The position numbers and the translations under genes were made by a program. Positions 37,560 to 47,528 of a stretch of 64,000 nucleotides of DNA are shown here, piece by piece (the stretch's first letter is position 1; the number at the start of each line of letters is the position of its first letter). Below the pieces are notes generated by a model, which saw nothing but the letters and a program-made list of their open reading frames with translations, was not told the DNA's origin and searched no databases. The DNA comes from Planctomycetota bacterium (GTDB lineage Bacteria > Planctomycetota > UBA1135 > UBA2386): the NCBI GenBank assembly GCA_965223545.1, contig OZ245006.1, forward strand, positions 1,088,001 to 1,152,000, given 5' to 3'.

Positions 37560-39902
37560 TCACGGCACGGTGACGCGGGCGACGTTGGACACCGCCTGCA
37601 CGCGCCCCTGTGCGTCGTACACGAACCCCACCGCGTCCAACGTGGTCCCGCTCAACGCAACCGCCACCGCCGCCGGCAGCCGGAACGGCGCGTTTGGGTA
37701 CGCCCCGGCGGCCCCCGTCGCGGCGAAGTGGAACGGGTTGCCGACCGCCATGGCCGCACCGAGGCTGGCCGCCGTCAACGCGTCCGGCTCGAGCCCGAGG
37801 ATGTGGCCCGCCGCGAGCGGCCGGTGCGTCGCCAACGAGAACAGCGTATAGCCGCCGGCGAACCCGCTCGGCGCGCGCAGCAGCTGCACGTCGAGCTGAC
37901 CCGGCGCCGGCGCGTCGAGCCGCAGCTCCATCGCCGAGCGGTCGCGCAGCCCGCCGGTGCCGCTGGTCACCAGCGCGTAGTCGACGTCGAACGCCGCCGT
38001 CTGCACGTGCGCATCCTGGCGCACGGCCGTGGCGCGCACGTCGATGCGCGCGACACCGCTCGGCGGCGACGCGAGCCACACGTTCTCCAGCGTGTCGACG
38101 TCGTTGGCGGTCCCGCCCGGCAGGCTGAACATGTTGGCCTCCAGCCCGAAGTTGCCCCAGTAGGCCTGCCCGTCCGGCGCGGTCACCGCCAAGTCGACGC
38201 TGTTGATCCGCGTCGGGTTCGCCGCCGGCATCGCCGGCGGCTCGGCGTGCGTCATCGTCACCCGCAGCTCCGGCGTGCCGGGCGGCACCCAGACCCAGTA
38301 CGTCTGCGTCTCGCCCTGCCGCAGCACGTCGAGCTCATCGATGACCAGCATGCCGTCGCGCTGACGCCACAGCTGGGCGACGTCGGGCATGCCCCAACCC
38401 TGGTGGTTGCGCGCCATGTCGTGGTTGGCACCCGAGAACGCGTGCTGCCGCGCGGTGTTGACCAGCAGCGCCTTCGTCGTGGTGAAGTGCGGCGTGTAGT
38501 CGAAGCGCGACTGCCAACCGGGCGCCGCCGGATAGCCGAACGCGCCGTCGGTGAACAGCTCGATCGCCAGGCCGACGAAGCCCGCCACGATCGAGGTCGA
38601 GCCCGAGGTTCCGCCGAAGCTTGCGTAGCCGGTCGGCCCACCGCCAACCGTATCGATCGAGTCGTAGTGGTGGCTCAGCTCGGGCTTGATACGCCCGTCG
38701 GTCGTCGGCCCGCCAGCCGACGTGTTGCACCAGCAGTCATCGGCGAAGTTGAGGTTCTCGAAGTGCATGTAGCCCGCGACGGCGATGATGTTCTTCGCCC
38801 ACGCGGTCGGCCGCCCGACGTTGCCGGGGCTGTTGCCGGTCGGCTGCGTGATCGGCAGGTCGTGGTCGAACAGGATCTGGTCCATCTCCGCCGACCGCGC
38901 CGTGTAGGCGTTGGTGCGCGGATAGCCCCACGCCGCCGACTGGAACATCGCGCGGTAGGGCTGCGCCGGATCGACCAGCATGCCGACCAAGGAGTGGCGG
39001 GTGGACTGGTTGATGACGTAGGCGAGGTCGGTGTAGAGCCCCTGCCCGTCGGGCAAGACACCGCGCACCTTGGGCACCAACCCCGCGGCGAACATCACGC
39101 CGAAAGTCGCGGTGCCGTGCGCACTCGTGCCGCCCTGCACGACCGGGATCGGCGCCGAGCGGTAGGGGTTGGCGGCAAACTCCGGGTGCGTGGCGTGCAC
39201 GGCCTCGAGCACGTGCCCGCGCACACCCTTGCCGGTGTGGCCGCCGATCGACTCGAGGAACGTCGCGCCGCCGAGAATGCGCACCAGGTCCATGTCCAGC
39301 TCGATCGCGCCGGCCGGCTCGATCCAGCACACCTGATCGGCGCGCGCGACCGCCAGCAGCTGCGCCGGCGTCAGCGTCGCCTCCGCCACCAGCCCTTCTC
39401 CCGGTGGCAGCTCGAGCGTGCCGCCGACGCGCTCGATGGCGCGCGCCAGCGGCGCGGCGTCGACGACCGGCTCGGTCAACACCAACACGTAGCGATCGCG
39501 CACCAGCGTGCCGGCATCCAGCGCACACAGCAGCTCGGGGGCCAGGCGGAACGCCGGATGCCACGGCCCCACCCAGCGGATTCCATCGCGCGCGGCGACC
39601 TGGGCGGCCGCGGCGGCCGGGCCGCGCACGAGGTATGCCTGCTCCGGCACGTAGCGACACAGGGCCAAGCCTGCACCAGTGACCGCCGCGCGCAGGTCGT
39701 CGGTCCACGGCGCCTCGGCCTGCACGCAGAACAACGCCTCGCCCGGCGCCGCGCGCAGCGCGTCGGGCACGACGAGTGGCACGGCGAGCGGATCGACCGA
39801 GTGCCCCGCGACACAGACCGACTGCGCGCGCGGCGCGGCGCCAACGGCGAGGGTGGTGAGGACGGCGGCGAACAGAGACGCGGGGTGGCACGGATTCGGC
39901 AC
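37560..39902 (-). CDS. Secreted S8 subtilisin-like serine protease
   Basis: Signal peptide, propeptide, SAHGTATFG (His), PTGN (oxyanion Asn), DGRIKPEL, FGGTSGSTS (Ser), QGWG. The catalytic Asp position reads Glu. Confidence 0.85.
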   Translation of the reverse strand: MPNPCHPASLFAAVLTTLAVGAAPRAQSVCVAGHSVDPLAVPLVVPDALRAAPGEALFCVQAEAPWTDDLRAAVTGAGLALCRYVPEQAYLVRGPAAAAAQVAARDGIRWVGPWHPAFRLAPELLCALDAGTLVRDRYVLVLTEPVVDAAPLARAIERVGGTLELPPGEGLVAEATLTPAQLLAVARADQVCWIEPAGAIELDMDLVRILGGATFLESIGGHTGKGVRGHVLEAVHATHPEFAANPYRSAPIPVVQGGTSAHGTATFGVMFAAGLVPKVRGVLPDGQGLYTDLAYVINQSTRHSLVGMLVDPAQPYRAMFQSAAWGYPRTNAYTARSAEMDQILFDHDLPITQPTGNSPGNVGRPTAWAKNIIAVAGYMHFENLNFADDCWCNTSAGGPTTDGRIKPELSHHYDSIDTVGGGPTGYASFGGTSGSTSIVAGFVGLAIELFTDGAFGYPAAPGWQSRFDYTPHFTTTKALLVNTARQHAFSGANHDMARNHQGWGMPDVAQLWRQRDGMLVIDELDVLRQGETQTYWVWVPPGTPELRVTMTHAEPPAMPAANPTRINSVDLAVTAPDGQAYWGNFGLEANMFSLPGGTANDVDTLENVWLASPPSGVARIDVRATAVRQDAHVQTAAFDVDYALVTSGTGGLRDRSAMELRLDAPAPGQLDVQLLRAPSGFAGGYTLFSLATHRPLAAGHILGLEPDALTAASLGAAMAVGNPFHFAATGAAGAYPNAPFRLPAAVAVALSGTTLDAVGFVYDAQGRVQAVSNVARVTVP

Positions 39903-39941
39903 GGCGAGAACCTCCGCCGAGATCCTAAGTGCCCGGCGACC

Positions 39942-42290
39942 TCAGGGCGTCAACCGCAACGCCACCGGGTTCGAAACCATGGCAAAGCTCCCGAGCAGGG
40001 TGTAGGCGAAGTGCGCGGTCAGACCCGTGGCCGCCGGCAAGGGCGGCAGCGCCACCCCGGCGGTGCCCGCCCCGGCGGCGTCGAGCGTGCCGACGAAGCC
40101 GGGGAACAACGAAGTGTTGGCGAAGGTCGCCACGATCTGGGTGAACGGGTCGGGGTTGAGGGGTAGCCGCGCGCCCCCCGGCAGCGGCAGGCCCGGCGCC
40201 GTGCCGGACACCGAGCCTAGCACGGCGTAGCTCTGGCCGGCGTGCAGTGCGCCGGCGACCAGGCTCAGGCCCAGGTCTCCGCCCGTCGATGCCGGCAGCG
40301 CGCTGCGATCCCGCCGCAACGGCATCGCCGGATCGAGCAGCACGGCTGCCCCTTCACTGATCGCCGATACCCAGAGATTGCCCTCGCCGTCGAACGCGCA
40401 GTCGCCGAGCTGATAGTGCGGCAACGGCGACGAGCCGAAGCTCCACGTCTGCCAGCGGCTGGGATCGCGGATGTCGCCGTCGATGATCACCGCGCCGTTG
40501 GGGTACGGCACCACGGTCGAGGTGTCGCGCGTCGCCAAGCCGAGGACGCCGTCGGCACGCACGTCGACGCCGGTGACGACGGGCGCGGGCAACGGCGAGT
40601 TGCGCAGGTTGTAGACCCAAAACGCCTGCCGGTCCCAGTGCACGAGACCGCGGCCGGTGCCGAACCACAGGGTGTCGTCGGGCGCCACCGCGAAGCTCTG
40701 CACGCCGCGGAGGTCGAAGAAGAAGTTGACGTTGGGCAGCTCGAGCTTGCCCCACTGCGATCCGTTCCAGTGGTGCACCTCATCGCCGTCCGCCACCCAC
40801 AGCTCGCCGCGGCTGTCGGCGACCATGCCGGGCAAGCCCGAGTTGGAGAACGACGCCACCGGCTCGAGCACCCACGTCGTGCCGTCGAAGCGGTAGATCG
40901 GGCCGAAGGTCGAGGCGGCGAACAACCGGCCCTGCGCGTCTTCCGCGAAGTGCGTGATCAGCGTGGTGCCGAGCGCCGGCGTGTTCCGGTAGTTCCAGAA
41001 GCCGGTGAACGTCCCGCTCGCCGGATCCCAGCGCCCGATGCCGTTGCCCCCCATCCAGCCGACGCCGTTGCGGTCCTCGTAGTAGCCGCCCATCGGCTCG
41101 CTGCCGGCGAACGGATACGGCTCGGAGCCGCCGTTGTGCTCGCCCCAGTTGCGCCACCGCGACCCGTCGAACCGGCTCAGCCCCGACTCCCCACTGGCAA
41201 CCCACAAGTTGCCCGAGCGATCGAGGTCGAAGCGGTCGACGAAGTAGTCGCCGATGCCGGTGTTGAACGTGCTGTAGACCGCGACGACCGATCCTGCAGC
41301 GTCGAAGCGCCGCACCGCCCCGGGCCCCGCGATCCACACCTCGTCGCTGCCCGGATCGGGCGCGATGTCGACGGCGCGGATGCCGAGCTGGGCGAACGTC
41401 GAGAACGACTGGCCACCGTCGCGCGTGACGCGCACCGTGCCGTTCCAATCGCCGAGGAACACGCTGCCGTCGTCGTCGACGCCGATCGAGTACGGCGTCG
41501 CGCCGGCCGGGATCCGGGTGAATGCGGTCGCCGGCGGCGCCGCCGGGTCGAAGCGGTAGAAGGCATTGCTGCGCCCCGAGCGCACGCGCAGCCAGACGAT
41601 GCCGGCGGTGTCGACGGCCATGCGGCTGAAGATGTCCACCCCGGCGCCGTGTAGCTGCCAGGTCACGCCATCGAACTCGGCCACGCCGAAGTGCGACTCC
41701 GCGGCGACGAACACGTGGCCGCGCTGGTCGACGGCGAGCCCGCTCAAGCCGGAGAACACGCCGGGCCAGGGCAGCTCGGCGCCGATCGTGAACTGGCGCC
41801 ACGACCCGCCGTCGAACTCGAACAGAGCGCCACCGGTGATCGACGAGGTGTTGTTGACCCAGATGTGCCCGTCGGGCGCCACCGCGACGTCGCGGATCAC
41901 CGGATGCAACAGCGGCGAATTCGCCGGCGTGTAGGTGGTGGAGACCCCGTTGGCCCAGTGCACGAGACCGCCGTCCGTCGCGATCCAGGCGGAACCGTCC
42001 GTAGCCCAAGCAAGATCGTTCGGGAAGGCCGACGGAAAGCCCCCGACCCGGGTGCCGTACGTGGTCCACAGGTCGGTGCCGCGGTGGTAGAGGCCGACGC
42101 CCCCCTCCCGCCAGAACGGCCAGCGCGCGCCGACCCAGAACAGTCCGTCCGGGGCGAACCCGATGGTGCGGATCTCTTCGCCCGGAACACCGCTCCCACC
42201 GGGACGGACGAGCTCCATGGTTTGCGTACGGGGAACACCGGAGAGGGCGGCCAGGAGGGCCAGGGCACATACGGAAGAGACGGGGCGCAT
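39942..42290 (-). CDS. Secreted beta-propeller protein (two-component regulator propeller-like repeats)
   Basis: Signal MRPVSSVCALALLAALSG. Repeats of DG..W..T..GL..(F/W)DG..W and NSPLP. Start is 42290 or 42308. Confidence 0.8.
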   Translation of the reverse strand: MRPVSSVCALALLAALSGVPRTQTMELVRPGGSGVPGEEIRTIGFAPDGLFWVGARWPFWREGGVGLYHRGTDLWTTYGTRVGGFPSAFPNDLAWATDGSAWIATDGGLVHWANGVSTTYTPANSPLLHPVIRDVAVAPDGHIWVNNTSSITGGALFEFDGGSWRQFTIGAELPWPGVFSGLSGLAVDQRGHVFVAAESHFGVAEFDGVTWQLHGAGVDIFSRMAVDTAGIVWLRVRSGRSNAFYRFDPAAPPATAFTRIPAGATPYSIGVDDDGSVFLGDWNGTVRVTRDGGQSFSTFAQLGIRAVDIAPDPGSDEVWIAGPGAVRRFDAAGSVVAVYSTFNTGIGDYFVDRFDLDRSGNLWVASGESGLSRFDGSRWRNWGEHNGGSEPYPFAGSEPMGGYYEDRNGVGWMGGNGIGRWDPASGTFTGFWNYRNTPALGTTLITHFAEDAQGRLFAASTFGPIYRFDGTTWVLEPVASFSNSGLPGMVADSRGELWVADGDEVHHWNGSQWGKLELPNVNFFFDLRGVQSFAVAPDDTLWFGTGRGLVHWDRQAFWVYNLRNSPLPAPVVTGVDVRADGVLGLATRDTSTVVPYPNGAVIIDGDIRDPSRWQTWSFGSSPLPHYQLGDCAFDGEGNLWVSAISEGAAVLLDPAMPLRRDRSALPASTGGDLGLSLVAGALHAGQSYAVLGSVSGTAPGLPLPGGARLPLNPDPFTQIVATFANTSLFPGFVGTLDAAGAGTAGVALPPLPAATGLTAHFAYTLLGSFAMVSNPVALRLTP

Positions 42291-42489
42291 CGTTTGGCTC
42301 ACTCGCATCAGAAGACGTTCACTCGAGATGGAGTTGCCGGTCGGTGGGGATCGACTGCACTCCTGATCGGGGATGGGCCCGCACGCCCACCGAGTTCGCG
42401 TTACTCGCTCGTAACAGAGCGCGGGCGCAGCGGGCCAGAAGACGCGCACGAGCCGCACGGCCCGGGGCTTGCACGTTGCGGCGATCGCG

Positions 42490-43872
42490 ATGGCAAGCAA
42501 CTCCGTACTGTGGTTCCTCGGCGCGACCGCGACGCTCGCCGCCGGATGCACGCAGCCCATGCCAGTGCGCCCACCGGCGCACGGCCAGGAGCGCGTCGAG
42601 GATTTTGGCGCGTTGGTCCCCCGAGCCGGCACTCCGCGCGCGCACACTGCGGTGCGCCTGGAGCGCGTCACGACCGCGGTGCCGTGGCCGCGCGGACTCG
42701 CCTGGGTCGACGGCGAGCTGGTCGTGCTGGCCCGCGGCCGGCACCGCCGCGCCGGCGGCATCGACACCGCGATCGCCGATCGCTCCGGCAGTCTGTTCGC
42801 CGTCGATCCACACATCGTCGAACCGGTCCAGCCAGGCCGTGCCGCCGGCGCCGCGGTGCGCAAAAACGCGCGCCTGCTCACCGCCCCCCAGCAGAATCCG
42901 TTCTTGCTGTACACGGGCGGCGAGCCCCGCGCCGACACGCGCATGGATCGGCCGTACTGCACGCTGATCTACGACGACGCGTCGCGCAATCTGTTCGTCT
43001 GCGGCTACAGCGGCGTGGATCTGCCGGCCAACGTCTTCCGCAAGAACGCCACCGACTCGATCCACCGCTTCGACCTGCGCACCCAACGCTGGCTGCCGGT
43101 CGAGCTGCACGACGCTTCGATCGTGCCACCGGCGGCACTCGGCCGGGTCGTCGCCAACACCTACTACCCCCACCACGACCCCGCACAGAACGCGGCGCCG
43201 CACGGCTGGCTCAACGGCCCCAATGGCGGCTGCGTCGCTGGCCGCTATCTGTACTGCACCGGCAAGGACAACCACAGCATCGCGCGCTACGACCTCGAGG
43301 CGGTGCGCCGCGACCCGCACGCTGCACCACCGCCGAGTCAGCGCGTGCTCGGCGCCGAGGTGCTGGTGCGGCATCCCGGCGGCACGCGAACGATGCAGGC
43401 CCTCGGGCCGAGCGCCGCGGTGGCGCGTGACGGCTGGCTGTACGTCGGCTACCGCACCTCGTCGGTCGTGCTGCGCTTCGCCATCGACGACGACGGCGCG
43501 CTGCGGCAGCCGGCGATCGGCGAGCTGATCGCGGTGTTCGAGCCGTGGCGCGCGGCGCGCGGGCGCAGCGCCAACTTGATCGACCTGGCCTTCAACCACC
43601 GCGGCGAGCTGTTCGCGTCGTGCGCGACCGATGGCCGCATCTGGCGCATCGGTATCCCCGACCCAGCCACGCCATTCTTCGGTGACGACAGCGGCGAGCG
43701 GCCGGCCAGCGCGCCGCCGTACATCGACCTCGCCGCCCACGTCGGCCACAAGACCAACTGCGGCAACATCACGTTCGACGCCGAGGACCGGCTGTACCTA
43801 TGCTCCGGCAACTACGACGCCGGCACCGACTTGGCGGGTGTCATCTACCGCGTCGTCGAGCAGTCCGAGTGA
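42490..43872 (+). CDS. Hypothetical lipoprotein, probable beta-propeller
   Basis: Lipobox LAAGC. WPRGLAW, GPNGG, GPSA..DGWLYVG, IDLAFN, GNITFD blade-like motifs. Confidence 0.7.
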   Translation: MASNSVLWFLGATATLAAGCTQPMPVRPPAHGQERVEDFGALVPRAGTPRAHTAVRLERVTTAVPWPRGLAWVDGELVVLARGRHRRAGGIDTAIADRSGSLFAVDPHIVEPVQPGRAAGAAVRKNARLLTAPQQNPFLLYTGGEPRADTRMDRPYCTLIYDDASRNLFVCGYSGVDLPANVFRKNATDSIHRFDLRTQRWLPVELHDASIVPPAALGRVVANTYYPHHDPAQNAAPHGWLNGPNGGCVAGRYLYCTGKDNHSIARYDLEAVRRDPHAAPPPSQRVLGAEVLVRHPGGTRTMQALGPSAAVARDGWLYVGYRTSSVVLRFAIDDDGALRQPAIGELIAVFEPWRAARGRSANLIDLAFNHRGELFASCATDGRIWRIGIPDPATPFFGDDSGERPASAPPYIDLAAHVGHKTNCGNITFDAEDRLYLCSGNYDAGTDLAGVIYRVVEQSE

Positions 43873-43894
43873 GCAGGGAGACTTGGCCCCCACC

Positions 43895-44914
43895 ATGCGC
43901 CTTCATCCGACCGTGCGCCTCGCCCCCGTCCTGCTGCTGCTGACCGCCTGTGGAGGCAGCACCGACGTCACGCTGTACGTCGCGCTGGACGAGATGCACA
44001 GCAAGCAGCTGATCGAGCAGTTCACCGCCGAGACCGGGATCCGGGTCAACGCGCGCTTCGACACCGAGGCCTCGAAGACGGTCGGTCTCGTCAGCGCGAT
44101 CGTCGAGGAAGCCGCGCGGCCCCGCTGCGACGTGTTCTGGAACAACGAGCTGGCGCACACCGTCCGCCTGGCGCAGAACGGCCTGCTGGCGGCCTACGCG
44201 TCGCCGGCGGCGGCGACCATCCCGGCGCAGTTCAAGGACGCGGAGCACCACTGGACCGGCTTCGCCGCGCGCGCGCGCATCTTGATCGTCAACACCGAGC
44301 GAATGCCCGACCCCGCGCGGTACCCGACCAGCATGCGGGATCTGCTGCAGCCGCGATTCGCCGGCCAGTGCGCCGTGGCGCGCCCGCTGACCGGCACGAC
44401 GCTGACGCACTTCGCCGCGCTCGAGCACGTGCTCGGCGAAGCCGAGTTCGACCGCTTCGTCGACGGCCTGTTCGCCAACCGGGTGCAGCTGCTGCAGAGC
44501 AACGGCGCGACGATGCGGGCGTGCGCCGAGGGCGCGGTCGCGTTCGCCTTCACCGACACCGACGACTTCCACGTCGCGCTCACCAAGGGCCATCCGGTGG
44601 CGGCGGTGTTCCCCGACCAGGGCGAGGGCGAGATCGGCACGATGCTGATCCCCAACTCGATCGCCCTGGTGAAGGGCGCGCCGCACGCCGAGGCCGGGCG
44701 GCGGCTGATCGACTGGGTGTTGGCGGAGCGGGTCGAGGCGTTGTTGGCGGCCTCCCGCTCGGCGCAGATCCCGGTGCGCGCCTCGGTGCCCGGCCCCGGC
44801 GCACCGCAGATCCTCGGCATCGGCGCATTCCGCGCGATGCGGTGGGACCCGGCGGCCACGGCTGCCGATCTCCAAGGCGCCGCGACGCGGTTCGCGCGTC
44901 GGTTCAGCCAGTGA
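43895..44914 (+). CDS. ABC transporter substrate-binding lipoprotein, Fe3+/thiamine (FbpA/FutA-like) family
   Basis: Lipobox LTAC. F..ETGI.V, DVFW, WTGFAARARILIVNT, PNSIALVKGAPH. Confidence 0.85.
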   Translation: MRLHPTVRLAPVLLLLTACGGSTDVTLYVALDEMHSKQLIEQFTAETGIRVNARFDTEASKTVGLVSAIVEEAARPRCDVFWNNELAHTVRLAQNGLLAAYASPAAATIPAQFKDAEHHWTGFAARARILIVNTERMPDPARYPTSMRDLLQPRFAGQCAVARPLTGTTLTHFAALEHVLGEAEFDRFVDGLFANRVQLLQSNGATMRACAEGAVAFAFTDTDDFHVALTKGHPVAAVFPDQGEGEIGTMLIPNSIALVKGAPHAEAGRRLIDWVLAERVEALLAASRSAQIPVRASVPGPGAPQILGIGAFRAMRWDPAATAADLQGAATRFARRFSQ

Positions 44915-46518
44915 GCCGGAACGCCGTGGCACGCCTTTGGCCGCTGTGGTGCGCGCTCGGCTTCGTCGCGGTCTTCGTCATCGCGCCGCTCGCGCTCCTG
45001 CTGGCGCAAACCGCGCTCGACGACGGCGGCTTCTCGCTCGACGCCTACCGGCAGATCCTGGCCGAGCCGAACGACCGCCGCCAGCTGCTCGCCTCGCTGC
45101 TGCTGGCGACCACCGCCACCGCGGTCGCGTGCGCGCTCGGCTTCGGCCACGCCTGGTGCACCTACCGCACCGACGTGCCCCTCGGCCGCTGGCTCGGCCC
45201 ACTCGGCGTCGCGCCGCTGGTGCTGCCGCCGATCCTGATCGCGATGGGCTTCGCCGACCTCGCCGACGTCGCCGGCTTCTGGCCGTGCGCGGTGCTACTC
45301 GGCATCTGCTACGCGCCCTTCGTCGCGGTGATGACCGCGCGCGGTCTGCGCAGCGTCGACGGGCGCAGCTACGAGGCCGCGCTGCTCGCCCGCGGGCGCG
45401 GCCCGGCCGATCGGATGCTGCTGCGCATGGTCCTGCCCGAGGTCGCCGCCGGCTGCCTGTTCGCGTTTCTGTTCGTGATCTCCGAGCACGGCGTGCCCGA
45501 GTTCCTCACCGTCAAGGGCAAGACCTGGCACACCTACGCCGAGGGGATCTTCGCGCGTTGGACCCGGCGCGCCACCGGCGTCGAGCACGCGGACCTGATG
45601 AGCCCGATCGTCACCGCGGTGCCGCTGGTTTGCATCATCCTGGTGGCGCTGGCGGCGGCGCTCCGGTTGCGGGCACACACCACGGTGGGCGGCGACTTCC
45701 GCCCCCTCCCGCTGCGGCGGTTCGGCGCGGCGCGCGCCCCCGCGCTCGGCTGGTGCCTGCTGTACCTCGGCGCCGGCGTCGGCCTGCCGCTGGTCGTCAT
45801 GGCGCGCTGGGCGGCCGGTTCGACCGCCGCCGCGCCGATGTCGATCGACACCCTGCGCGCCAGCTTTCGCGGCGCCCTCGCCGAGGACGGCACCGACCTC
45901 GCCTACACCGCGGCGATCGCCGCCGCCGCCGCGCTCACCGTCGCCCTGGTCGCGCTGCCGCTGGCGCGGCGCGCGGCGCGCGGTGTGCGCGGCATCGAGG
46001 CGCTCAGCGCCCTGCCGCTGGCGGTGCCGGCAGTCGTGCTCGCCATCGGCATGGTGGCGCTGTTCAACAACCCCACCGCCGCCCGCGTCTACGCGGTCAC
46101 CGGCGACTTCTACGACTCGTGGGGCATTCTGGTGGCCGCCTATGCCGCCCGGCTGCTGCCGTTCGGTGTGCTGACGTTGGCGCACGCGCAGCGCCGGCTG
46201 GCGCCGAGCCTCGAGGACGCCGCCCGGCTCACCGGGCGCGGCCGATGGGCGATCGCGCGGCGCATCCACCTGCCCTTGGTCGCGCCAGCGCTCGCCTCGA
46301 TGGCGTGCCTGGTCTTCATCCTCGGCATGCGCGAGCTGGACACCGCGGTCGTGCTGCCGGCCGGCAACGGCACCGTGCCGCGCCGGCTGTCCAACATCGT
46401 CCACTTCGGCGGCGAGGAGGCCGGCGGCGCGCTCGCGTTGCTGGCGCTCGGAGTTGCCATCCTGGTGCCGGCCGTCGTGGTCGTCGTCACGGGCCGTAAG
46501 CTGCAATCCCTGTCATGA
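44911..46518 (+). CDS. ABC transporter permease (FbpB-like, two BPD domains)
   Basis: Multiple TM helices with two EAA loops (YEAALLARG, LEDAARLTG). GTGA overlap with the binding-protein gene. Confidence 0.88.
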   Translation: MSRNAVARLWPLWCALGFVAVFVIAPLALLLAQTALDDGGFSLDAYRQILAEPNDRRQLLASLLLATTATAVACALGFGHAWCTYRTDVPLGRWLGPLGVAPLVLPPILIAMGFADLADVAGFWPCAVLLGICYAPFVAVMTARGLRSVDGRSYEAALLARGRGPADRMLLRMVLPEVAAGCLFAFLFVISEHGVPEFLTVKGKTWHTYAEGIFARWTRRATGVEHADLMSPIVTAVPLVCIILVALAAALRLRAHTTVGGDFRPLPLRRFGAARAPALGWCLLYLGAGVGLPLVVMARWAAGSTAAAPMSIDTLRASFRGALAEDGTDLAYTAAIAAAAALTVALVALPLARRAARGVRGIEALSALPLAVPAVVLAIGMVALFNNPTAARVYAVTGDFYDSWGILVAAYAARLLPFGVLTLAHAQRRLAPSLEDAARLTGRGRWAIARRIHLPLVAPALASMACLVFILGMRELDTAVVLPAGNGTVPRRLSNIVHFGGEEAGGALALLALGVAILVPAVVVVVTGRKLQSLS

Positions 46519-47528
46519 ACATCGAGCTCCACGACGTCGCCCTGCAACGCCGCGGCTTCGGCCTCGGGCCGCTCTCGTTGCGGATCCCCGCCGGCGGCAG
46601 GGCAGCGGTCATCGGCCCGTCCGGCTGCGGCAAGACCAGCCTGCTGCGCTGTATCGCCGGCCTCGAGTCGCCGAGCGGCCGCGTCGAGCTCGGCGGGCGC
46701 ACCGTGAGTGGCGACGGCACCAACGTCGCGGCGGGCGACCGCGGCATCGGCTTCGTGTTCCAAGACGGAGGCCTTTGGCCGCATCTCGACGCGGTGGAGC
46801 ACGTGCGCTTCGCCGCTCCACGGCTGGACGTCAAAGCGGCGCGCCGGCAGCTGGCGCAAGTCGGCATCGAGCACCTCGCCGGGCGCCGGCCCAACGCGAT
46901 GTCGGGCGGCGAGCGCCAGCGGCTGGCGCTGGCGCGCGCCCTGGCCGGCGAGCCCCGCGCCTTGCTGCTGGACGAACCACTGCAAGCGGTCGACGTCCAT
47001 CTGCGCGACAGCCTGCGGATGCTGATCCGCGACCTGGCGACCGAGCGCGGACTGACCACCGTCTTGGTCACGCACGACCGCGAGGACGCGCTGGCGGTCG
47101 CCGACGACCTCTTCATCCTGCACGGCGGACAGCTGGTCGAGCACGGCGACGCCGCGGCCCTGCTGGCCGCCCCGGCGAGCGCCTGGACCGCGGAGTTCCT
47201 CTGCGGCGCCGCATGCTTCCCGGTCACCGCCCGCGGCGACGGCGACGTCGACACCCTGTTCGGGCGATGCCCGGCGCCACCGACCCCCGACGCCGAGCTC
47301 GTCGTGCTCGGCCACGACCTGTCGCTCTCGCCGGCGACCAACGGCGCCCCGCGCGCGCGGATCCTGCAGCAGCTGCCCACCGAGCGCGGCCTGCTGGCGA
47401 CCATCGAGCTCGGCGGTCGCACGCTGCACGTCGCCTGCCCCGAGTCCCTGCGCGGGGCCACCGACGCCGGGGTCGCGCTGCGCAACCCGCCGCGGCTGCT
47501 GCCGCGCCACGCCGAGGTGCGGCCATGA
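46515..47528 (+). CDS. ABC transporter ATP-binding protein (FbpC-like)
   Basis: GPSGCGKT, MSGGERQR, LLLDEP, VTHD. Confidence 0.92.
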   Translation: MNIELHDVALQRRGFGLGPLSLRIPAGGRAAVIGPSGCGKTSLLRCIAGLESPSGRVELGGRTVSGDGTNVAAGDRGIGFVFQDGGLWPHLDAVEHVRFAAPRLDVKAARRQLAQVGIEHLAGRRPNAMSGGERQRLALARALAGEPRALLLDEPLQAVDVHLRDSLRMLIRDLATERGLTTVLVTHDREDALAVADDLFILHGGQLVEHGDAAALLAAPASAWTAEFLCGAACFPVTARGDGDVDTLFGRCPAPPTPDAELVVLGHDLSLSPATNGAPRARILQQLPTERGLLATIELGGRTLHVACPESLRGATDAGVALRNPPRLLPRHAEVRP

